From: Cyanobacteria bacterium QS_8_64_29
GTDB lineage: Bacteria; Cyanobacteriota; Cyanobacteriia; Cyanobacteriales; Rubidibacteraceae
NCBI GenBank assembly: GCA_003022125.1
Contig: PXQH01000069.1
Span: 1-24,000 of the forward strand
Reading direction: 5' to 3'
DNA: 24,000 nt
The stretch's first letter is position 1. Each line of letters starts with the position of its first letter. Position numbers and translations under genes: made by a program. The notes beneath the pieces are model-generated. The model was not told the DNA's origin. It was given only the letters and a program-made list of their open reading frames with translations, and ran no database searches. Positions 7,866 to 13,476 of the stretch are shown here, piece after piece.

Positions 7866-8216
7866 CCTCGCTGCAGCGCTAGTTGTTGCCGCAGCTACTA
7901 CCGCTGCATCCGCCCCCGCGTTTGGGTATTCGAACGCAACTCGCATTAGCTTTCCCAGAGGCGGCTACTGCGGCTCTTTCTCCGGTGAGATCTCGACTCC
8001 TCATCGTTTTCTGCTGGGGCTACGTTCAGGGCAAGTGCTTAGAGTTGAAACGTCGGGCGAAACGTATCCTGTTAAAGTGGTTGTCCAACAGTTGAGGTGG
8101 CACCATCTCAGCACCACGGAGAGGTTTATAACTATCAACTGCCTGCAAGCGGCGATTATGCAGTAGCCGTTCGCTCGCAGACTGGCTACGCCCGCCTGCA
8201 GTTTTGCGCCAACTAA
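7852..8216 (+). pseudogene. Small secreted Cys-pair protein, paralog of 8774-9142, interrupted by a frameshift
   Basis: A signal peptide (MKPCNLAAALVVAAATTAASAPAFG) is followed by TRISFPRGGYCGSFSGEIS..RFLLGLRSGQVLRV. After about 8077-8085 the homologous continuation (VEVAPSQHHGEVYNYQLPASGDYAVAVRSQTGYARLQFCAN*) is in another frame and ends at 8216. The whole sequence aligns along its length with the intact paralog. Confidence 0.6.
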
Positions 8217-8267
8217 CCAAGCGTGGTTGGGGAATTGAGTCTGGAATGTCCCAGGCTCTGCCGCAGC

Positions 8268-8637
8268 CGTCCTCTAGCGCCGTGGTGGCATGGCTGCAGC
8301 GCAGCCAGTAGGGCGAGACCTGCTCGGTAATGTCGGTCCAGCGGACTGCCTGCGGCAGTTGGTGCAGTCGCTGCCAGAGGGCTTTGGGGACTAGCACCGT
8401 GAGCGTCTTGTGCCTGCTATAGACCGTGGCCTAGCTGCCGCAATCGCGCGGTGCCAGGTCCTGCCAGTGCAGGTTGTAGGCCTTACTGACTCGCAACCCG
8501 CAGCGGTTACAGCAGTGCCAGCGGGACACGATCGCGCTCGGCGCTGCAATCAGCCGCTCGGCATAATCAGAGCTTAGGATGCCCCCATTGCAGGTGTCCC
8601 AAACAGCCGGCGGCGAGATGGCTGAGCCAGCGGACAA
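8268..8637 (-). pseudogene. Tyrosine recombinase / phage-type integrase remnant
   Basis: Catalytic-domain blocks are recognisable: ...AERLIAAPS...CGLRVSKAYNLHWQDLAPRD.GS*ATVYSRHKTLTVLVPKALWQRLHQL...SPYWLRCSHATTALEDG. There is an in-frame TAG at 8431-8433 and an apparent internal deletion between the LWQxL block and the HWLRH block. The N-terminal domain and the C-terminal catalytic Tyr region are both missing. Confidence 0.65.
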
Positions 8638-8694
8638 AGGGACCGCATGGGGCTGGCCCGATCCGGAGGAGCTACCCGAACCGTTGCTTCCCTA

Positions 8695-8733
8695 GCCTAT
8701 GGTTCGCTAAGCGCCTATGGTTCGCTAAGCGCC
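8695..8733. repeat. Tandem direct repeat, 18-bp unit GCCTATGGTTCGCTAAGC x2 plus a partial third copy (GCC)
   Basis: The copies at 8695-8712 and 8713-8730 are exact, and GCC follows at 8731-8733. The repeat sits between the integrase remnant and the 3' end of the secreted-protein gene. Confidence 0.9.
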
Positions 8734-8773
8734 GATAACACTACTACTTGCGAGGGAGGAGCGGCGAGTACGT

Positions 8774-9142
8774 TTAGTAAGCACAAAACTCGATTTTGCC
8801 GCTACGCGCGGGCGCACTCACCTCGACGATGTAGTCGCCGGCTTGCGGGATGCGATAGTTCGCTTGGTTGGGGGCCGCTTGCCACCCCGAGAGCATCCCG
8901 GTTGGCCCCGAAACGGCAATCCGATAGCTAGGCCCCAAGTTTCGCGTCACTAGCGTTTGGCCGCGGGCTAGCTCCAACAGAAACTGCCGGTCGCCACTCA
9001 ATTGGCCGGCGTAGGTACTGCAATAACTTCCCCGCGGAAACTCGATTCGCGTTGTCTTGCCCTGTCCCCACGCAGGCACGCTGCTTGCAGCAAAGGCAAC
9101 GATGGAAGCAACGGCGGCGTTAGCGAGGGCTCGATAGGTCAT
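8774..9142 (-). CDS. Small secreted Cys-pair protein (unknown family; beta-sandwich/PPC-like sequence pattern)
   Basis: 122 aa from the ATG at 9142. The signal peptide is MTYRALANAAVASIVAFAASSVPAWG. The mature part reads TTRIEFPRGSYCSTYAGQLSGDRQFLLELARGQTLV...YRIPQAGDYIVEVSAP..SGKIEFCAY. The two conserved Cys are shared with the paralog at 7852-8216. The longer ORF-track start at 9268 adds a non-signal-like extension. Confidence 0.65.
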   Translation of the reverse strand: MTYRALANAAVASIVAFAASSVPAWGQGKTTRIEFPRGSYCSTYAGQLSGDRQFLLELARGQTLVTRNLGPSYRIAVSGPTGMLSGWQAAPNQANYRIPQAGDYIVEVSAPARSGKIEFCAY

Positions 9143-9191
9143 TGGATGCAGTCCCAACAGCAGCAATCGCCACTCTTGACTAGCGCTTATA

Positions 9192-9220
9192 CGAATAGCC
9201 GAGCGCTTCCCAGGTGTCAA
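9192..9220 (-). promoter_or_regulatory. Candidate sigma70-type promoter for the secreted-protein gene (-35 TTGACA, 17-nt spacer, -10 TATTCG)
   Basis: On the minus strand, TTGACA lies at 9220-9215 and TATTCG at 9197-9192, roughly 45-50 nt upstream of the ATG at 9142. The -10 box is weak. Confidence 0.3.
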
Positions 9221-9309
9221 GCGGCAAAGCAGCACGCTCGCAACCTTGCGGTTGGTTGGCAGTGGCAAAACTACCTAGGTAGCGCTCACTTACTGAGTAG
9301 CGCTATTGA

Positions 9310-9337
9310 CAATCCCCCTAGCGGGGATTGCGTTTTT
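9310..9337 (+). terminator. Intrinsic-terminator-like hairpin (8-bp stem CAATCCCC/GGGGATTG, 5-nt loop) followed by TTTTT
   Basis: The stem spans 9310-9317 and 9323-9330, the loop is CTAGC, and the T-tract is at 9333-9337, on the plus strand only. No plus-strand gene is evident upstream. Confidence 0.45.
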
Positions 9338-9573
9338 GGCGACCTTCCCAAAAAGCTGGATTCAGCAGTCTTTGCTGCTTCAAGCAACGCCGCCATGCCG
9401 GATGGCAGCAAGGCCGGTGCCGGATTGCGTTTGACGCCAACCGCCGTGATCGCTGCCTCTACCTGCCACCTGAGGAGGCCAAGCATTACCTAGAAGGCTT
9501 AGTCGCTCCCTTCCAGCCGCCGGATGCCGAAGCGCCCCTGCCTGCCGACTGCGGTTGAGCGTTGCCTAGCGGC

Positions 9574-11304
9574 TCAAAACGCAAACTCCGTCCGGAGGAC
9601 GCCCACAAAGACCGTATCGCTATCGCTGTTGTGGTTGGGGTTAATGAGCGCATAACCGCCGGGCGTAATGTGGAGGCGCTCCGTGATGGGATAGCGGTAC
9701 TGTCCCTCAACCAACACCGAGGTCCCTTCGTCTTCGTAGGTAGCCGTATTGCCGCTACGGGTGTCCTCGAGCGTGGCGTCGCTAGCAGCGACCTTGGGCG
9801 GAATGGCAACGCTCACCCCCAACCGGTCGCCTTCCCGGGCTAGGTCCAGAAATGACAGGGTGGCACCGACGCTCCAGAGATCGGCATTGTCGCCGTCTGC
9901 CGCTATCAAATTTACGCTGGGGTCAAGACTGACGGATCGGCGACCGGTCACCTGCGGATCGGCGTTGGCATAGCTCCCCCACAAAGCGAAGTTAATGTCC
10001 TGGCCGATTTGGAAGTTGCTTTGGAGGCCGAAGCGATCGCTGGTTGTGGGAAGGGAGCCAAAGGGCTGTTGCCCGATGGGACTGCCCGCACCAACTACAC
10101 TGGAGGCCGATTTGAAGTCGCTATCAGTGTAGGTGTGCGCGTAGGTAAAGGCTAAGTCGATACTGTCATTAGGCTCAAAGCGGAGTTGGGCGAGCGCGCC
10201 GGTATTGCCTTGAAACAAGCCTTCTCCGCCGGGGCGGGGATTGCGCGCATCGCCTCCAACACCATAGAAAACGCCCAAGCTCAGCGCATCCGAGAAATCA
10301 AAGCTCGTGCCCACTGAAAAATCTTGCGGGATGCCAAACACGAGTTGGTCGCGCTGCAGCATCGAGCTCAAGCTGCCGCTATTGTCCTGCCTAAAGAGTG
10401 GATTGAGCGGGCGGATGGCGCCTTCATCGGCATCGACACCAGCAGCGCCAATAAAGACGCGCGTACGCTGACCGAGGGGAAATTCGTAGGCCAGCGCATC
10501 GAGCACGATGTCATTATTGCCACCACCCAAATCCAGGGCAGTCATGTCAGTGCCGGTGGTTGCGGCGCCAAACGATTCGATATTGCGCGCTTCGTACTCT
10601 ACCGCCAGCTCATCGCGACCGGTAAAGCTGCTAGTGATGGCCAAAACCGCTCGGTTGCCAAAAACGGTTTCGTCTTGGACGGCGTTGGTCCTTGGCTCTC
10701 CGTCGAAGGTCAGGTTCTCGAACTGACCGGCTAACGTCCCGACCGAATCAGCATCGAAAGCCTTAGCAAGAGTAAAAACGACCGTCCCGGAGAGCTTGGC
10801 CGTGGTGGAAAATTGGTTTTCCTCCAGCGTGGCAACGCGGCCTTCCAGGTTGTCCGCGCGCGTACCTAGCGTGGCGAGCTCGGCCTCGAATTCTTCGACT
10901 AGGCGCTGCAGTGTTTGCAGGTCCTCCTGACTTACCTGTTGCTGCTCTAGAGCCTGCAGGCATGAGTTGAAGCCGGCAACGAATTCGTAGCGGGTTAGGG
11001 CGCGGTCGCCGCGATAGGTTTGGTCTGGATAGCCCTCGATGCAGCCGTAGGTCTCGACCAGATTGCGCAGGGCTTCAAACACCCAGTCGCCTGGGGAAAC
11101 ATCGCGCAGTTGCGAGACGCTGTTGATCTGACTCTGGATGCGATCGCTTCGATTGCTGTAGTTCTCGATGCGATCGAGCGTTGCCGAGCGATCACTTGCC
11201 GGGACAGGGCTTGCCTCGCTGGCATTACCCCAAGTCCCAAGCAGCAGAGAAGCACCTGCCACGGCCGGGACCATCCGTTCCCAGGGCTGAACTAATTGTT
11301 TCAT
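9574..11304 (-). CDS. Outer-membrane porin with N-terminal SLH domain and OprB-type beta-barrel (cyanobacterial SomA/'iron uptake porin' type)
   Basis: 576 aa from the ATG at 11304, with a GAGGAG Shine-Dalgarno motif upstream. The order of elements is a signal peptide (MKQLVQPWERMVPAVAGASLLLG), an SLH motif (DVSPGDWVFEALRNLVETYGCIEGYPDQTYRGDRALTRYEFVAGF), a coiled-coil linker, a long beta-strand-pattern C-terminal domain, and a terminal ...EFAF. The gene contains two HIP1 sites (10033-10040 and 11140-11147). Confidence 0.88.
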   Translation of the reverse strand: MKQLVQPWERMVPAVAGASLLLGTWGNASEASPVPASDRSATLDRIENYSNRSDRIQSQINSVSQLRDVSPGDWVFEALRNLVETYGCIEGYPDQTYRGDRALTRYEFVAGFNSCLQALEQQQVSQEDLQTLQRLVEEFEAELATLGTRADNLEGRVATLEENQFSTTAKLSGTVVFTLAKAFDADSVGTLAGQFENLTFDGEPRTNAVQDETVFGNRAVLAITSSFTGRDELAVEYEARNIESFGAATTGTDMTALDLGGGNNDIVLDALAYEFPLGQRTRVFIGAAGVDADEGAIRPLNPLFRQDNSGSLSSMLQRDQLVFGIPQDFSVGTSFDFSDALSLGVFYGVGGDARNPRPGGEGLFQGNTGALAQLRFEPNDSIDLAFTYAHTYTDSDFKSASSVVGAGSPIGQQPFGSLPTTSDRFGLQSNFQIGQDINFALWGSYANADPQVTGRRSVSLDPSVNLIAADGDNADLWSVGATLSFLDLAREGDRLGVSVAIPPKVAASDATLEDTRSGNTATYEDEGTSVLVEGQYRYPITERLHITPGGYALINPNHNSDSDTVFVGVLRTEFAF

Positions 11305-11506
11305 TACCGACTCCTCACACGAACAGAAAAACCGATCGCCCAAATGGCTGCGGCCGTCAAATGACAGGCATCGCAGTCCGGATTGGGCCAAGGCTCTCAA
11401 AGCACGATTTCGCAGCCGCCGGCTGGTAAACAATCCCCAGTGGGGGCATTGCCAATCCATTTGTAGATTGCTATATCGCGCACCCCCGCAGACGCCCCCC
11501 CTTCAC

Positions 11507-11531
11507 AACAAAAAGAGGGACTAGGTCCCCC
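11507..11531 (-). terminator. Intrinsic-terminator-like hairpin followed by a U-tract on the minus strand
   Basis: The minus strand reads GGGGGAC-CTA-GTCCCTC, with a core 5-bp stem GGGAC/GTCCC that extends to 7 bp with one G:U pair, then TTTTT (plus-strand A-run 11510-11514). Its position fits termination of the sugE/DUF488 transcription unit upstream of the porin promoter region. Confidence 0.4.
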
Positions 11532-12022
11532 CCGTTTCAACGGATTGGACGCGTTCAGAGCAGGAGTGGCCATCGCTAGATACGCAGTCGTTGCCTCACC
11601 CACCGGGCCCGAGGCTTTGCTGGTGGATAGTATGGGCCTGTTACTAGCGGTAGTCGTGACCGCCGCTAATACGCTAACCAGCAAAGGATGCCGCCGCTAT
11701 TGCACCGGTTCCAGTTCCGGCGAGGCTGGTTCCATTGCCTGCGGCTCATCTGGGGTGACTGGGCCTATTGGGGAGCAAGCGTTGTGCGAGTAAGTCCCGG
11801 AGCAGTTCAACTACATACTGGCAGTGCTGGAGCGGCCCCGAGGCCATTGCTTCCGACTGGTGCCCTGGCGTTATTACTTTTAAACCAAAGAAGATCACAA
11901 TAAGCAGCGACGGCCCACTGGTGGAGGGCTTGCTGGATGCGGGGGGTGGACTTTGGGGGTCTGCCAAGCCCAATGCTTGCTCGCTCCCCAAGTCCCCTTA
12001 TTATTGTGACTTATCTTGCTTT

Positions 12023-12239
12023 ATACCAATTTGAGCAGCAGATGCACGCTTACCAAAGAACATGACTCCCATATTGAGGGGGTTTCGAAGGTCAAAATCT
12101 AGTGCACAAGCCACGAGATTTGGTATTAAGCTTATACCAATCCTCGTAGTTTATGCACTAGATCGCGATCCCCCCGAAACTCCTTCAATATGGGAGTCAT
12201 GTTCTTTGGTAAGCGTGCATCTGCTGCTCAAATTGGTAT
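12023..12239. mobile_element. Inverted (head-to-head) dimer of the 104-bp MITE-like unit, forming a 217-bp near-palindrome
   Basis: The left arm is 12023-12126, the 7-nt spacer TAAGCTT is 12127-12133, and the right arm is 12134-12239. The outer 55 nt of the two arms are perfect reverse complements, and the inner halves are diverged. The left arm is nearly identical to copy A at 7074-7177. The flanking AT dinucleotides are ambiguous as a target-site duplication. Confidence 0.85.
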
Positions 12240-12241
12240 TA

Positions 12242-12373
12242 ATACTTCATCCAGCCGTCCAGAACGGCTTTCTCTTTCGGCACTTCCCGCGGCCAGAGCC
12301 GATTCACAAGGATGTGGATATTGTCATCGCAGGCGATATCGTTTTAGATGCGTTTTGTCCTGACAGTTATTAT
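12242..12373 (-). pseudogene. DUF488 (YeaO-like) protein, N-terminal fragment disrupted by the repeat dimer
   Basis: The minus-strand frame reads IITVRTKRI*NDIACDDNIHILVNRLWPREVPKEKAVLDGWMKY. This matches the YeaO/DUF488 N-terminus (..KR.YD......G.RILVDRLWPRG..K....LD.W.K). There is no ATG (ATA at the expected start), an in-frame TAA at 12344-12346, and the reading frame runs straight into the repeat at 12239-12241. The fragment starts about 10 nt after the sugE stop. Confidence 0.55.
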
Positions 12374-12383
12374 CCGAATTCAC

Positions 12384-12704
12384 TTACCCCGTGGAGATGC
12401 TATAGAGACCGACAATGCCGAAGATGATCGCGGCGATAAAAAAGAGGCGAAGGCTAGTTGCCGGTTCGTTGAACAAAACAATGCCGAGCAATGCGGTTCC
12501 GACGGCGCCGATTCCTGTCCAGACAGCATAAGCAGTCCCAATCGGTAGATCCCGGAGTGCGATTGCTAGCAACACCATACTGATGATGAGTGCGCTGACG
12601 GTCCCTACTGTTGGGAGCAGTTTTGAGAGGCCGTCAGAATACTTCAAGCCGATCGCCCAAGCAACCTCGAATAGGCCAGCTGCAAAGAGCACGAGCCACG
12701 ACAT
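12384..12704 (-). CDS. sugE: SMR-family guanidinium exporter / quaternary ammonium compound-resistance protein SugE (Gdx)
   Basis: 106 aa with 4 TM segments. The protein is closely collinear with E. coli SugE (MSW..L..AGL.EV.WA.GLKY..G.S...P...T......S..LLA.A...[16 protein letters not shown]....GI.L..E), including the conserved membrane Glu. Confidence 0.9.
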   Translation of the reverse strand: MSWLVLFAAGLFEVAWAIGLKYSDGLSKLLPTVGTVSALIISMVLLAIALRDLPIGTAYAVWTGIGAVGTALLGIVLFNEPATSLRLFFIAAIIFGIVGLYSISTG

Positions 12705-13060
12705 TTCTTTTTCTTACCGAACGGGCTATGGCTTTCGGTGTAGTAAGGTCACAACCCTTTCCATTGGAACACCGCTGTGGCGGGGTGTCGACTCGCAATT
12801 TAAGTACTAGCAGTTGCAGTTGGTTGCAGCACGCGCACACGACAGCCCCCGAGTTGCCAGATGTCCCAATCGTAAGAAAGCTGCCAGGCGCATGCCCGGC
12901 AGCGGTCAGGTCGATCTGGATCCAATGCAAGGATCGCATCATTCCCGTTATAGGGAACTACGGATTAGTCTATATGAACTGGTAAAGCTTTAAGATTTGT
13001 TTTGCCTATAACTAAGATTGGCTTTGCTGCTAGGTTGCTGTTCCCTATTGCGCCAGACGC

Positions 13061-13357
13061 TTATTGGAAGCGAGAGCGCAACTCGGCATCCGCATCATCG
13101 GCGAGCCCCAGCGCCCGAACGACTGCCGAGAGAATGGGGTCCCAATCGGCATTGCCTTCGCGGGTCAATGTCACAAAGTTGTTGGCAGCAAACGCGTTCT
13201 GAACGCCTTGAATGTCGGCGAGTTGGGCAACCGCATCAGGGGTGCCTTCCGGGATCTGACCCGCTTTTAGCGTCAAGGGTTGCTCGGCAATGGTTTCGTC
13301 GAGATTGAGCTTGATGGAGTTGGGATTGGGCGTTGCCTCAACCGAGGTCAGTTTCAT
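13061..13357 (-). CDS. Nfu/NifU N-terminal-domain-like protein (Nfu_N type)
   Basis: About 98 aa from the first ATG at 13357; the tracked ORF opens at a TTG at 13363. The sequence MKLTSVEATPNPNSIKLNLDE... carries the TPNPN(S/A)(L/I)KF-type signature of the Nfu_N domain. There is no CxxC Fe-S scaffold domain. Confidence 0.6.
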   Translation of the reverse strand: MKLTSVEATPNPNSIKLNLDETIAEQPLTLKAGQIPEGTPDAVAQLADIQGVQNAFAANNFVTLTREGNADWDPILSAVVRALGLADDADAELRSRFQ

Positions 13358-13476
13358 GAGCAAGCGTTTGACTCGCGGGGGCTTTGCAGCAAGGCTATCA
13401 CGTTGCCCAGCGCGCGCTCGGGGACCGCTCCAGCACCTAACGCTCCATTGGTGTAGGCCACTGCAGGCGGGGCAGC

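Noticed and set aside
8026-8267. Extension of the integrase reading frame downstream of ...ALEDG to 8026
   Set aside because: Homology to tyrosine recombinases is lost after about 8268; there is no HxxR/LGH...Y catalytic tail. The stretch overlaps the better-supported 3' end of the secreted-protein paralog on the other strand.
11397-11793. Tracked ORFs 11397-11684 (-) and 11545-11793 (+) as genes in the gap between the porin and the repeat dimer
   Set aside because: There are no recognisable motifs, the two ORFs overlap each other, they lack start context, and 11397-11684 spans the terminator-like hairpin. The region is more likely non-coding or decayed sequence.
11768-12034. Missing 5' half of the GNAT gene lying immediately left of the repeat dimer, which would imply a circular-permutation rearrangement between repeat copies
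   Set aside because: The translation (…KKITISSDGPLVEGLLDAGGGLWGSAK…SPYYCDLSCF) resembles GNAT N-termini only vaguely. It has the wrong spacing and lacks the expected ...F.VA..DG..VG motif at the junction. The opposite strand shows equally vague DUF488 C-terminal resemblance (…GPSLLIV…QHCQYVVELLRDLL). It is too decayed to call either way.
12705-12830. Guanidine riboswitch (ykkC/guanidine-I, mini-ykkC/guanidine-II, ykkC-III) upstream of sugE on the minus strand
   Set aside because: I transcribed the leader by hand. It lacks the conserved guanidine-I blocks (CUAGGGUUCCG, GGUCCGAGAG, ACACGG..GGGA.AAAAGCCCGGGAG), it has no pair of ACGR-loop hairpins, and it has no ykkC-III pseudoknot core. Only scattered short resemblances are present. 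It is kept as an open question in the findings, not called as a feature.
13364-13476. c-di-AMP (ydaO-type) riboswitch upstream of ktrB, suggested by CGGGGACC and CAGCACCUAACGCUC resembling GGGGACCCA and CAGCUAACCUCGUAAGC
   Set aside because: The conserved blocks are incomplete and not in the consensus order. The roughly 113-nt divergent intergenic space is also too short for a promoter plus an aptamer of about 130 nt. An Infernal scan would be needed to revive the idea.
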